Assembly: GCA_951406725.2 (NCBI GenBank)
Contig: OX597822.1
Coordinates: 58,776,001-58,840,000 of the forward strand
Reading direction: 5' to 3'
DNA from: Octopus vulgaris
Taxonomy: Eukaryota
DNA length: 64,000 nucleotides
Shown here: one piece after another, positions 13,740 through 27,184 of the stretch
How the letters are laid out: each line of letters starts with the position of its first letter
Position numbering within the stretch: the stretch's first letter is position 1
The notes under the pieces: model-generated
Database searches by the model: none
Told to the model about the DNA's origin: nothing
What the model saw: only the letters and a program-made list of their open reading frames with translations
Position numbers and translations under genes: made by a program

Positions 13740-14467
13740 GAAGACTTAAAACTGCACGGCTGGATGCATTTGTGCACTTTATCTGCAAATTTGGGATGGT
13801 ACCAACACAGCCCAGAATGTGACCGAGAGGCAGAATGACTGTGACTATGCGGAAAACGTCTATTATCCCGGCACAGCATGTCCATCTGTTGCTTGAGCGC
13901 ATCCAGCTTGTCAGAAATGGCATCATGTGATAAGGGAGAGGATTTAACTGAGGCTGCCGAAGGAGCCTCAGAACAAACGCAAGCATCACATGACGATGGC
14001 TGTCTGGAAAATTCTAAAATTTTGTCCGCCATAGTGGTGATCTGATACACAGTGTTGTGCTCAAGAGCTGTGGCCAAAATAGTCTGTATGTTAGAAGGCA
14101 ATCTGGAAAAAAATATTTTTTGCAAAAGAGGCGCGTCAGTCGAATCACTACTTAACTCTTGCAGATGGCGCAAAAACTGTGATGGGGTTCTGTCTCCCAA
14201 TTCTTCGTCCGCCCTTAGTTCATTGAAGCGGTTCTCTGTAGACCTGGTGTTGCGGCGCAGAATCTCCGTTTTAACAGACACATAAGTGGCATCTGGGCTA
14301 GGATCTGTAACTAGATCCCTAGCAGAGATGGCGAGTGGTGCGGGCATGCCACAATACAAGAGCTGCAATTGTTGCACGGGAGAAATGCCGTGAGTCGAAA
14401 AATAGGCTTCAATCTGTGCAAATCACAGAGTTGCATCCCCTGTAAACAGAGGAAATGGCAGTGACAT
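13715..14467 (-). pseudogene. Gypsy gag with CHCC knuckle
   Basis: MSLPFPLFTGDATL*FAQIEAYF (W to stop)...ELGDRTPSQFLRHL...CWYHPKFADKVHKCIQPC. The CHCC motif is typical of the CsRn1/Kabuki/Boudicca lineage. Confidence 0.88.
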
Positions 14468-17400
14468 GATGTTTATCCAGGTCTTTCCAGTGACTCTAAG
14501 AGAAAAATGAATAGAAAATGGCGATGAGAGAAGAACAGAAATATCTCTGAGATGAAACACGTGAAGTAAAGAAACCGACCAGTGAACTGACAGAAATGTT
14601 TCCGTGGAGCAGTGTGTGCACAAAAGGGTAAAAAAAATCTTAAGAAAACAATTTTTTTTTTTTTGGTTTGTTGTGTACTGTATGCAGGGAAAAATTCACG
14701 AACCTTTGTCGCGCTGAAAAAAATGAAAAAACATCAGAAAATTAGTGTGCGCGTGTGTACTGTGTGTTTTGTTTGTAAGGCTGTCCTGCTGTTTTTTTTT
14801 TTGTTTGTTTTTTTTTGTTCTTGAGAAGCTGGCAAAAATAAAGTCAAAATAGCAGTTGAAAACAAAACGTGTAGAAGCACGTGGTTGAAAGAAAGATGGC
14901 TCCACAACCCTGATTATGAGCACGTGGTGTTGGCGTTGGTCTGTCTTCTTCTGTCCAAATTGTTGCGGCTTGATGTCGGTTGAAGAAATAGCGTGAGCAC
15001 AGACAGATGTGTGATATCGGTGTTAGTGAATAAGCTCCGTTTTTCCTTCCACCATTGTGAAAACGGGTGCTAGTCAGAGTCTTGGCTGCTAATGTCCTTC
15101 ATCGGGGTGACCAATTGTAGGAAGTGAGGTTGGCACTGGATGGGTGCCTCAGAATTCCTTACATAGTCATGGAAAGGAAAATAGCAGGAACAAGAATCTC
15201 CGAACAGATAACAATATTTTTCTGTCTGTACAAGCATTGCATCACTGGACAATCGGTAGCTAGGTTACCTTGGTGTGGAAACAGCAATGTGGGTTTAATC
15301 ACAATTGTGAAGGCATTCTTCACAGATTTGCCGAAGTCGTGGATCGCCTTCAGAATTCCAGTCACGCGGAGCTGGTCAAGTTGCATCCGGCTCGGTTGGC
15401 AGCAGGGGTAAAGAGAGAGAGAATGGTGGTCAAGCCTAGCTGCTGCTGATGACTGTGCATGCGCATAAGGGGCTTCCAGCAGGCCTTCCAGAAGGCTCTA
15501 ATCACTGCGCATGAGTGGATGAAAATCCCAAAATGGTGTCTGGAACCAGGCGTCACTACATGTCCTTCAGCAAGACATTTTATTCCACCTTGCTCCAGTG
15601 CATTCAGTTGCAAAAATTAGTAGTGCCTGTAATTCCAAGGGTCAACCATGTCACATTCTGTGTCACACTGAATCTCTCTGAGAACTACGTTAGGGGTACA
15701 TGTGTCTGTGGAGTGTTCAGCTACTTGCACGTTAATTTCACGAGCAGGCTATTCCAGTGATCAGATCAACCGGAACCCTCGTCGTCGTAACTGATTGCTA
15801 GTTTACTCATGTTGAAGACATGGTTGCCTCTAGGGTGCTGGTGTCATGAAAATGTGCCAAAAGTGAGATGCAAACAAGATACCCTCAAACCTGCCTAGAC
15901 AAGCAGTACCCACTGAATATGCACTGATTCCAACTGTGCAGACCGTTGCAATCTTGTCAGCAAAGAAAACAAGAATAAAGTGATGATGATGACGAAAATT
16001 AACATTCTTTTGCTGTTGCTCTAATTATATTTAAATAATTTGTTTATATTGATTACTGATATTTAATGGTTAATTAAATGGCTATATTTAATACAGCTGT
16101 GTGATCTAGCCTGGAAGAAAAGTAAATTTTTAATCTATTAAATCATATTCAGCACTAACATCTTAAATCAATGCGTTGTCATTGAGACAATAAAAAGCTA
16201 AGAGGAAACCATTGTTGGACTTTGCTTAGGGCATCAGTTGGCCTTAATCCAACATTAAGGTGATGAGACTAACTGGTGGCAAATGATTCAGCCCTTGTAC
16301 CAGCAGAGTAGGTATGGGAAGAATACACTAGCCCCATTTTAAATGAGTTGTTTTTATTTCAACTGTCAGAGTTATACAGAACTGCTAGAGGTGAATAGTA
16401 GTAGGTTTATATTAAACTGACCATGGAAAACTCCATAATCCTAAACAGCTAATTACATACAGAAATGACAGCTGTTACTGTTGCTTAGACCTAGGTTAGC
16501 TTGACACTGCAGCTAAATTTTTTCAGTCATCTACTCTTTTCTTTCAGATTTAGCATATCAAATATATTCTTTCTTAAAAGAGAGTATGATGTGTGATTGC
16601 TGGACATTTCATTGCAATTTCTAGCAAGTCTAGTGAACACAAAGCACCCATTACACTCCTGGAGTGGTTGGCATTAGGAAGGGCATCCAGCTGTAGAATC
16701 CATGCCAAACCAGACTGGAACCTGGTACAGCTATCCAGCTCATCAGCTCCAGTCAAACCGTCTAACCCATGCCAGCATAGAGAGCAGACGTTAAATGATT
16801 ATGATGATGATGATGATGATGATGATGATAATTTAGGAAGTTTATTTTTATTCAAAAATACACATGTTAAAAATTTATACTCTTTATAAATTGAATTGTT
16901 ACAATTTTATAATGAACCATCCCCAAATCCAAAAGAAAACAAAACAAAATGCATTTAAAATCACTTCAGTAATAAGGTTGTGTTAGTATTTACAGGTTTC
17001 TAAGATAATCTAGATTCTTGATACTACTCTGATATTTTTGAAAATTTGAGTTTTTTTCATCTTCAGGTACTTTTTCACAGGTTGTCTCTGTATTCTCATT
17101 GACATTTTCTCAACCAGATACTAACTACTCTTTCCACTATAGGCACAAGGCCTGAAATTTTGGTGGAGGGGGGAAAGTCGATTACATCAACTCCAGTGCT
17201 CAACTGGTACTTATTTTATTGACCTGTGAACCCTATGATGTCATAATATTGGCTCCTTATTCTAGATAGAGAGGGAGAAACCTTTTACACAATGTAGTGG
17301 CATCCAGTTAGGAGTGGTGGTGGTGAGATAACTTTCAATCCCATATTTAGGTGCTAGACCTTTCAGAATCTTCCATATATATACAGGGAGAGTTCACGAA

Positions 17401-17471
17401 AAAAACAAAAGATGATGGGTGGTGTAGAAAACAAACAGATGTATTAGTATAATGCTCAGGAATTGAAAAAG

Positions 17472-17509
17472 TCCTTTACGTTTCGAGCCTATGCTCTTCT
17501 ACAGAAAGG
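17472..17509 (-). ncRNA. Minimal type I hammerhead-like motif with CUGUAGA core
   Basis: Minus strand: cttt-CTGTAGA-a-GAGC atag GCTC-GAA-ACGT-A-aagg. Palindromic helix III, GUA site, A6 not conserved. Confidence 0.5.
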
Positions 17510-17561
17510 GACACAGAAAAAAAAGGGGAGAAACAAGGAGAGAAAAAAATGTGTGTGGTGG

Positions 17562-18470
<909 letters not shown>

Positions 18471-19203
18471 TATATACCATCATCATTACTATTTAACGTC
18501 TGTGTTCCATGCTGACATGGGTGAGAGAGAGAGGGAGGAAAGAAAGGCGGTGAAGATGTAACAGAAAGGGAGCAAGGGTCATACATACAAGTTACAGGAT
18601 GATGTATATAGTGAAGTAGACCAGGGTTTGGAGAGAGTGGTTAGGTGGGAGGAAGGGAAGGGATTTAACAGGGGCATATAATTAGGAAGGTAGATAAGAG
18701 CCGAAGAATAGAAGGGCAGAGGAAGGAGTGGTGGTGAACAGGGGTGGGAGAGGATCATGGATATGGATTTTACTTTGCTGGGTAGGTCTTCTCAAGCACA
18801 ACATATCACCAGTTGTCACAGGCTTTTGACATCTATGTGAGGCTCAACATCTGAAGATCATTTCTCACCACTTTGACCCATGCCTTCCACTTCTATAGGT
18901 ACCCTCTACATTTAGAGATTGGTATTTCTTTATGCACCAGTACATTCTTCTCTCTTGCACACTACAACTGATGCCTCTTGTAGCCAATTTTTCTCTCAAA
19001 ACATTCACACTTTGTTTTACATGTACACTGACATTGCACATCTAGCAGAGCATGCTGACTTCGTTTCTTTTAAGCCTTTGTATGTCTTCTGCAGTCACAG
19101 CCCATATTTGGCTGCTATGTAGCATAATTGCCTGTACACAGGCATCAAACAGTCTGCCTTCACTCTGAGAGACAGGCACTTTGTTACCAACAAAGGTAAT
19201 AAC

Positions 19204-19361
19204 AGTTCTATATTTAAGAGATTAGGAATTATGTACATTATTTACAGGTTCGAAATTTCCCCAAGACACCTGAAGAAGGCTGGAGGGTATATCAGCCGAA
19301 ACGTTGTGTTAACAACAGACAAGATGAGGACAAATATCCGTGAAATGTAAATAATGTAGAT
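19204..19361 (+). mobile_element. 158-bp HHR-bearing insertion with 12-bp TSD
   Basis: TSD aaaggtaataac at 19192-19203 and 19362-19373. Internal IR tacattatttaca/tgtaaataatgta. HHR at 19265-19310. Confidence 0.8.
19265..19310 (+). ncRNA. Minimal type I hammerhead ribozyme motif
   Basis: gacac-CTGAAGA-a-GGCTG gagggtatat CAGCC-GAA-ACGT-T-gtgtt. Canonical core, palindromic helix III. Confidence 0.72.
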
Positions 19362-20684
19362 AAAGGTAATAACTCTCTGAACTTTGCTCAGCTGGTTCTT
19401 TTTCTAGAAACTACACTTTCAGAGCAACCCCCCAATGCTGCTAATTTGGTCATCCAGGTAACAAAAACGGTCTACTACCTCCAAGGATTCTCCTGGACAT
19501 TTGAGGAAGTCTATTTCCTGTATATTCTTAGTGTTTATTGTACTTGCACACCTACCACACACAAATACTACTTTCTCTGTTAACCTTCCTTCAAGTTCAT
19601 TGCACCTCTTATGTATCCATAAGTTGCACTGGAGTACAATGACACCACTGCATATCTTTTGCACCTTTGCTCTATGGAGTAGAGCCTCACTGCTTTCAGA
19701 CTCTCCCCGTGGCTAATCTGTTGCACAGAGACAATCTTCTTGGTGTAACAGCACTCGATTGTTTTGAGCTCCACTGTTAGTTTGATGCTATGTGGCAACC
19801 AAAATTGGGAGTAGTTGTCTTGGTGGCTGAGAACAAATGTTCTCCACAGCACCAACAAGGTGTAATTTTTTCATGTTCTAGATTATTTACAACTTTTCTA
19901 ACTATTCAGGTACATACATGAAACAGGTATCTAAACAGTGGATGAAATATCACACTCAACCAATGGGTTTTCTTTTCTTATTATATTAATCTGGAGGAAG
20001 GATTTTGCTTCTGACCTTTACAAACTTTCTGAGACTGTAAAGATTGATGTGGTTAATGTACTTCTTCAATAGATGCAAGTAAACAGTTACAGAAAAATGT
20101 GTGAAGTGAGAATTCCAGAAGACTAATGTACTGGATGTACTGTGCTGATAGGAGGTGAGATGAATGAGTTGGGTGTGTTTGAAAGGAGAAAGTGGTACAA
20201 TAGTAGCTAACTCCAAGGAACAGAGACCACTAGTGTATCTATCAAAAAGGCAGAGAAAGGAGGCAGCACATCTAGGGTCAGAAGTTGTAATGTGTAACAA
20301 ATTGTAACATATCGAAAGTGATCTGTTTTTTTTTTTATAAAATAATTAATTTACCTTTCTTTATTCAAGCACTCTGTTGTCCATTTATATTGTTGGAGAA
20401 GTTTAAAGTAGTAAAAGCTTGCTGCCACATAATACAAAGAGAACTGATGACTCCTATTGTCAAGCTAATAGTGCTGGCCGGAAGGAAAAAGAGTATGAGA
20501 AAGGCTGCTGAAACCAACCTAGAAATGAAATCAGTGACAAGTTGGTGCAGAACATGTAGGTGAGGCTGAAGACACAGAACAAATGGATATCCAGTCAGAG
20601 TAGCATGGGTTTAGGTAGCCAATGTACACAGAAAATATGGGAGACATATTTATATATGCCACTGCTGATATTAAATAAGGATCC

Positions 20685-20837
20685 TTATGTAGCCATAAGA
20701 TCAGCATCACCACTAGCCATTATGGCCGAGTCATTACTTTTGTCCTCCAAAGATTTTAAGTCTTCACTGGTCTTTATGTATTTCTTTAATAATGATGCAA
20801 CATCTTCGATTTGATCTTTAGTTGGTTGGTTGTCTTC
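20685..20837 (-). CDS. CLCC1: CLCC1 homologue, last coding exon (EDNQPTKDQ...DLMAT*)
   Basis: Acceptor tattttcag|GAA, phase 0, in frame with the upstream exon. TAA at 20685-87. AATAAA at 20360-65. Confidence 0.65.
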   Translation of the reverse strand, partial: EDNQPTKDQIEDVASLLKKYIKTSEDLKSLEDKSNDSAIMASGDADLMAT

Positions 20838-21279
20838 CTGAAAATACATGTGTATGTAGATGTATATTAGCACATATATGTATATCAACAAATAAGCAAA
20901 GAAACAATTATCCTGAAAGAAGTATATCAGAAAAATAAGGAATAATCTTAAACCAGTACTGCAGAGTTATTTGGAAAATATCAGTTGAGTGACATTAGAC
21001 TGGAAAAGTGCAGAAACTGAATGGTAAATGCTACAGATCAAAGTATTAAAAAAACAACCAACTTTTAGATGTTAACTGTTTCGCGTAGGTTGATAGAAGT
21101 GGATGAGAGGATATAGAAATGTAATATTTCTTAGTTTGTATCGTAAATTTTTGTGTGATAGTCATCATCATCATTTTTAATGCCTATTTTCTCAGACTTG
21201 CATGGGTCAGGTAAGATTTGTTGTGCTAGAATTTCTTCAGCTAGATACGTTTCCTGAAGCTAGCCTTTACCTGTTTCCA

Positions 21280-21695
21280 AACCACATAGTCCAGGAATGT
21301 GTAATACTCAGTGACTGGTGTAGCAGCATTATTGTTAGCTGCTACAAGGGTAAGGGAGATGCCTTAGAAGCAATCATAGAGGCATCAAACTCTTGGGCCA
21401 GCTGATGAAAATTATGGAGTGAGTTATAACCTAATTAATTAGGGTCGGAATTAGGTTAGACAAAATGCAGTCAGGCTTCATCCTGGGGAGAAGCACTACT
21501 GATGCTATTTTCATGGTCAGGCAACTGCAACTTAGCTAAGAATAAACCATTATATCTGGTATTCATTGATCTAGAGGAAGCCTCTGATAGACTATCCTGC
21601 TGTGTGATATGATAGGCTCTAAGGGGGCTAGCGATAGATGAGTGGCTTGTGAAAGCTGTACAAGCCATGCACAGAGATGCTGTCAGTAAGGTGAG
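21280..21695 (+). mobile_element. RTE LINE reverse-transcriptase fragment
   Basis: WCSSIIVSCYKGKGDA..RGIKLL..GRSTTDAIF..LYLVFIDLEEA, with frameshifts. Confidence 0.8.
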
Positions 21696-22709
21696 AAGGG
21701 CATCCAGCTGTAGAAACCTAGCCAAAATGGACTGGAGCCTGGTGCAGCTCTCCAGCTTATCAGTTCCAGTCAAACCATCTAACCCATGCCAGCATGGAAA
21801 ATGGATGCACAAATGATGATGATGATGATGATGATGATGATGTTGTAATTTCAAGAATTTTATGAAGTAATTGCTTATTTTTAGATTGATATTGCAGAGG
21901 AAATGTGACAGGCTGGATCTAGCCAGTTTGAACATAAAGCAAAGAAAATATTTGGGCCAAATATGGCTAAAGGGTTAAGGAAAATGTGGAAAGGAGTGGA
22001 AGTCCCAAGGATAGCTATTCCAGGGAAGAAAGATTTAATTGGTATAAAAATTGGAGTGTGAGAAGAAGTGAGGAGAGCAGAAAAGATAGGTAAAATGGGT
22101 TAGATTGGTGATCAGCTAAGTACATAGTTTGTTAGTTCAGAGAAACAAGAATCATGGACAGATATTTTACAAGTGACAGAGAGAAGAGATAATGTTTAAT
22201 GGACCAGTGATTATATGATATGTTGTAAGTGACAGGGAGAGGAGACAGTGCATTGGTGGACTGTGGACAGAGAATGTTGGTCAATGAAGGTTTACTAATC
22301 AATCAGATGGTGATTTCTTTTTTTTATATAATTTATAATTTACTTTTTTTTAAAAGTTATAGTGTATTTGAGCACTCTAAACAATAAGTTTGTTATAATT
22401 ATTATTAGCGAGGGTACATGGCCTGGTGTTGCACTCATGATCGTGAGGTTGTGGCTTCAATTCCAAGACTGGGTGGTGTGTTGCATTTTTGAGCAAACTG
22501 TTTCATCGCACATTGCTCTGCAATCAGTTCAACACCTGACGTGTGGCACACCATGTACCTGTTCAGGCAATAACAATCTAATAGAGAGAGTGAGCTAGTG
22601 TACAGCACCTACATTTGATCACTACAAACAAATCATTTGTGAACATCGTTTGGCAAAGCTGAACACTAACATGTCTTCCATATGAGTATCTGTCATTATT
22701 ATTATTATT

Positions 22710-23240
22710 ACTGAGTGAGAGAGCAGTGCATGCCATCATAGTGACACTGGGGTAAAATATACGAAGCCCAGTATACCCATCATGACTACTCGTCTGATAA
22801 GGGTACACCAGGCACATGCATCACAACCATATGGGCATGACATGGTGATCTCATATCAAGATAAACAGCGCATAACCTTGCAGGTGGGGCCCAGGTAGAA
22901 TTTTCTTCTGGTCGAGTAGCCCATCCCACTCAAAAGGTCTCTGAATAAGGATTGTTTAAGGGTGTTGAATGAACCACCCATGTTTCCAAAGGTGAATTGT
23001 CCAAACCTCTAAGAATTCCTTTCAACACATGGCTATGATGCTCCCCCACTACTCCTGCTCATGATCAGAGATGCACATATTGTCAGCCACTAAGGGACAT
23101 GGTCAACTGGTTAAAGTCAAACAAATCTGTGGTACTGAGCAGAATATTTGCTGTAAACCATCTTTTATATCAAGACAAAACAATGTACATGACAACACTT
23201 CCAATCAGTTAAGATCAGCAGCCATGAGAGCCACTGCCTA
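22710..23240 (-). mobile_element. Interspersed repeat of about 530 bp with (TAA)n tail (SINE-like family C)
   Basis: Homologous copies at 23980-24365 and 61248-61722. Confidence 0.75.
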
Positions 23241-23636
23241 GTTAAAAGATCAGCAAAGATTGTGACATGAAACCATTTGTAAAGTTTATTAAAAATTCCT
23301 GAGTTTTTAAGGTATAGCACTGAAAATGGGTTTCATTTATATACATCAATGACTGTTGGTGCTTTTGAAGACGACAAGTTTATCATGCCTCCATTTTGGG
23401 GTTTTACTGATGTGAGGTGTCTCAGTTGCTTTAGCAATGATGACAAAGTGTTGATGATAATAATGGTTCGTGTGATAACGGTGCTGGTGATGAACTTGTG
23501 CTTGTGTGTCTTATGCATATAATCATCAAAGTGTATGTATATGTGTAATATACTCAGAGTTGCTACAAAAACTGAACAGAAAGTAAACAAAGAGGCTAAT
23601 TAAAATACTAGTAAAAGTGAAAAATAAAACACATAC

Positions 23637-23906
23637 TAAGTACTCCAATTTTTGTAGAAGTTTGTTGAGAACGTCCTTGTTGTTGTCATTGTTGTTCTTT
23701 TTACTGATAGAGAAAAAGAAGGTAGAAAAAGAGTAACCACTTAGGATCATCAGCGAAACCAGCATCGAAAAGAACATCAGCAATATTATGATTGGCTGCA
23801 TGTAAAGTGGTAGAGGTGCACATATATCACGGATGAAGGTGCTAATATGCTGTCCAATGTACTGAAATGGTTTGAATATAATATTGGTCATACTAATGCT
23901 TAGGGC
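23637..23906 (-). CDS. CLCC1: CLCC1 homologue exon (ALSISMTNIIFKPFQYIGQHISTFI...TM3)
   Basis: Acceptor tttcag|GCC, donor TTA|gtatgt, 270 bp. Matches the CLCC1 region [28 protein letters not shown]...PVLII. Confidence 0.88.
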
Positions 23907-24645
23907 CTGAAAATAAAAAAAAAGACATACAAAAATAAGATTAAATTTCTTTTAACTTTTGTGTTATATTATTATTATTACTGAGCGAGAGAGCAGTGCA
24001 TGCCATCAAAGTGGGACTGAGGTAAAATATATGAAGCCCAGTATACCCATCATGACTACCTATCTGATAAGAGTACACCAGGCACATGCGAGTAGCCCAT
24101 CATGCTCAAAAGGTCCCTGAATAAGGGTTGTTTAAGAATGTTGAACAAAACATCCATGTTTCCAGAGGTGAATTATCCAAAGCCCCTCCAAATTCCTCTC
24201 AATACATAGCTATGATGCTCCCCCCACTACTTTTGCTCGTGACCAGAGATGTACATATTGTCAGCCACTAAGGGACATGTTCAGCTGGTTAAGGTCAAAC
24301 AACTGACAAGCAAATCTGTGGTATTGAACAGAATATTTGCTGTAGCCCATCTTTTATACCAAGACATACTAGCTTCATTTCTTACAAGCCTATGCATGTC
24401 CTCAGCAGTCACAGCGTGTATTTCACTCAGCCACTTTGCCTCTGTCAGGCCCAACACTCGAGAGGAACTCAGCCACTTTGCCATGATGGGTCCTCAATGA
24501 TATATACATATGTGTGTGTGTGTGTGTGTGTGTATGTGTGTATACATACTTTATTATTAAAGCTGCAAAAATATCACAAAAAACTGCTATTCAGAGTTCC
24601 ACGTTCCCGTTCATTGGGTAGTAGCGAATCATATATATATATATA

Positions 24646-25933
24646 CGAGGGACGTTCAATAAGTAATGCCTCTGACTCACTTGCAGTTATTTGATCTAGC
24701 TGAAATTTTGCATGTGCAATCATTTATATCTCTATAGAGTAAGTGGCAAATTACAGCTCTGAATTAATTGTGGTTTCTGATTTACAGGTGTTTGAACCGA
24801 GTCAAGTGTGAAATGGAGCCTGTTGAGTGTCGAGCAGTGATCCGGTTTTTGTATTTGAAAGGACGCACACCACGGGAGACTTTTGATGAAATGAAAGTAA
24901 CTTATGGTGATGATGCCCCATCATATGACCTTGTAAAACGCTGGCATCGTGAATTCAAACATGGTCGGAACTCTGTGGAAACAGCTCTCAGATCTGGTCG
25001 CCCCCTTCTGCTATTGATGAGGCATCTGTCCGTCAAGTTGAGGCTGCCATTTTGGAAGATTGACGCATAATTATTCGCCAAATAGCCCATGAGGTCAAGA
25101 TTAGTACCGGGTCTGTGGAAACTATCATTCATGACCATTTGCATATGCAAAAGGTGTCTGCCAGATGGATTCCCAGGTTGCTCACACCTTTCCAGAAGCA
25201 AGAACGCGTCGAGTGCTCGAGGGTGAATTTGGAGATGTGCCAAGAAGATGAGTCAAAATTTTTCAAAAGACTGATTACACAGGATGAAACCTGGGTCCAT
25301 CACGATGATCCAGAGACCAAAGCCCAGTCAATGCAGTGGAAGCACCGTGACTCACCCCCTCCAAAGAAGGCAAGGGTGCAGCCCTCCGCTGGCAAGGTCA
25401 TGCTCACAGTCTTCTGGGACCAGGACGGAGTAGTGATGACAGATTTCCTGGCAAAGGGTACCACAATTGCAGGAGCCTATTATGCTTCACTTTTGAGGAA
25501 ATTAAGAGAAGTTATCAAAATCAAGAGGCGGGGCAAGATCAGCAAAGGCATCCTCCTGCAGGACAACGCTCCGGTCCACAACTCGCTTGTCGCCAGATCA
25601 GAAGCACAGGCGTATGGCTATGAACTCCTCCCCATCCCCCCTACTTTCCTGATCTTGCACCCTCTGATTTTCACCTCTTCCCAATCATGAAGTTGTTTTT
25701 GAAAGGAAAGCGTTTCCCAGATGATGCAGCCTTGATTTCTGAAGTCACGTTGAGGTTGGTGGACCAAGCTGGGTTCTTCTACAAAATCGGTCTCCAGAGC
25801 CGCATCAAACGATGGGAGAAATGCGTAACTCTGGGTGGTTCCTATGTAGAAAAAGGCTAATAACTGTGCCAAGTTTCGTTGCTCTACTGCTATGGGAAGT
25901 GGGTCAGGGGCATTACTTATTGAACGCCCCTCG
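24646..25933 (+). mobile_element. Full-length mariner (irritans-type), 1288 bp, defective transposase 24813-25860
   Basis: TIRs cgagggacgttcaataagtaatgcc / ggcattacttattgaacgcccctcg, TA flanks. Motifs WIPRLL, DETW, SAGKVM, DNA, PDLAPSDF. Frameshifts present. Confidence 0.93.
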
Positions 25934-25976
<43 letters not shown>

Positions 25977-26522
25977 TCATACACATCTGTCTATGTGTGT
26001 GTGTCTCTGTAACTATTTTTGTTCCCCACCAGTATCTGACAACCAGTGTTGGCCTGTTTATGCCTGTGACCTAGCAGTTTGGCAAAACAAAAAGATAGAA
26101 TAAGTACGAGGCTTAAAGAAAGAAAGAAAAAAAGAAGTTCAGGGGTTGATTTGTTTGCTTAAGATTTCTTCAAGATAGTGCCCTAGCCTCGCCACAGTGT
26201 AATGACTGAAACAAATAAATGATAAAAGATTACTCTAAGGGGTCAGATTTGGCACATGAAATGCTTTAAGGTTTATGCATTTTATAAAGGGGATTAAGTT
26301 TTACCATTTCTTTTACTTGTTTTGTTGGACTGCAGCCATGGTGAGGCACCACCATGTTGTTAAATAAATTAACACCAGTACTTTTTTCTTTTTATTTATT
26401 CTATCAGTTACTTTTGCCAAACTGTTAAGTTATGGAGACATAATCAAACCAACACAGGTTGTCAAGCAATGGTGGTGAGGACAAATGTTAACACACCCAC
26501 ATACAGACATGCATGTATATAT

Positions 26523-26648
26523 ACGTGGGGGAGGGGGGCTGCTGAAAAGTTCTTGGCTTTGGGTAAAAGAAAATGCAGGAGAATCAGTTAATTATGATTT
26601 TATTCAACATATTCCTCTCTCAGATTTACGCACTTATTGCAACAGTCC
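26523..26648 (-). mobile_element. Mariner 3'-end fragment
   Basis: Minus strand encodes ..EYVE* followed by a TIR-like end (plus strand: ggggctgctgaaaagttc). Confidence 0.6.
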
Positions 26649-27007
26649 TTCTACTATAGCTTTGGTCAGACCATAGTTTCGTGAGTGTTTTGATAGACAA
26701 AAACTGAAAGAAGCTCGTCATGTGCATATGTGAGTGTGTATGTGTCTTGTGCCTGTGTTTGCCCTCAACCACTGCTTGATAACTGGTGTTGGTGTGTTTA
26801 CATTCCCATATTTTAGTGGTTTGGCAAAAGTGATTGATAGAATAAATACCAGGCATAAAAAAAAAGTACAGGGGTTGATTCATTTGACTAAACTTCAAGG
26901 CGGTGCCCCAGTATGGCCACAGTCTAATAACTGAAACAAGTAAAAAGTAAAAGATATTCTCAAGAAAAAATTCAACCCATCCAAAGACTATGAAATAATA
27001 TACATAC

Positions 27008-27184
27008 CTCGTAAGGGCGTACTCTGAAAAACGGACTTATATCAACATAAACTAGATATGTTAGACATTCATCTTTTTGAACTGAAAACCATTCTACAAG
27101 CAGTGTTTTAAAAGACTTGTCATCCCTTACACAGCCTTTAGGAGGTCCTTGTTGCAAAGCATGATAAGTTTTTGCTTTTTCCTC
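27008..27184 (-). CDS. CLCC1: CLCC1 homologue exon (EEKAKTYHALQQGPPKGC...DECLTY...ISPFFRVRPYE)
   Basis: Acceptor tttcag|GAG, donor GAG|gtatgt, 177 bp. Two conserved lumenal Cys and the C..Y...P...V.P pattern of the MCLC family. Confidence 0.88.

Larger units (their letters stand above)
11075..15560 (-). mobile_element. Ty3/Gypsy LTR retrotransposon, CsRn1 clade, defective
   Basis: 5' LTR 15116-15560 (TGTAG...CTACA), partial 3' LTR 11075-11474, 4-bp TSD TGTC (11071-74, 15561-64), PBS TGGTCACCCCGATG resembling tRNA-Trp, order gag-PR-RT-RH-IN. Confidence 0.93.
10997..15795 (+). mobile_element. tRNA-derived SINE split by the Gypsy insertion (10997-11074 and 15561-15795)
   Basis: The head with A/B-box-like motifs (gtggcttagtag, gagttcaattcc) continues as tgtccttcagcaagacattt on the other side of the provirus. 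Confidence 0.7.
18760..19690 (-). mobile_element. RTE-clade LINE fragment (PHD region and C-terminus), interrupted at 19204-19361
   Basis: QCNLWIHKRC..FVCGRC..LEVVDRFCYLDDQ; homologous to 32893-34291. Confidence 0.8.
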
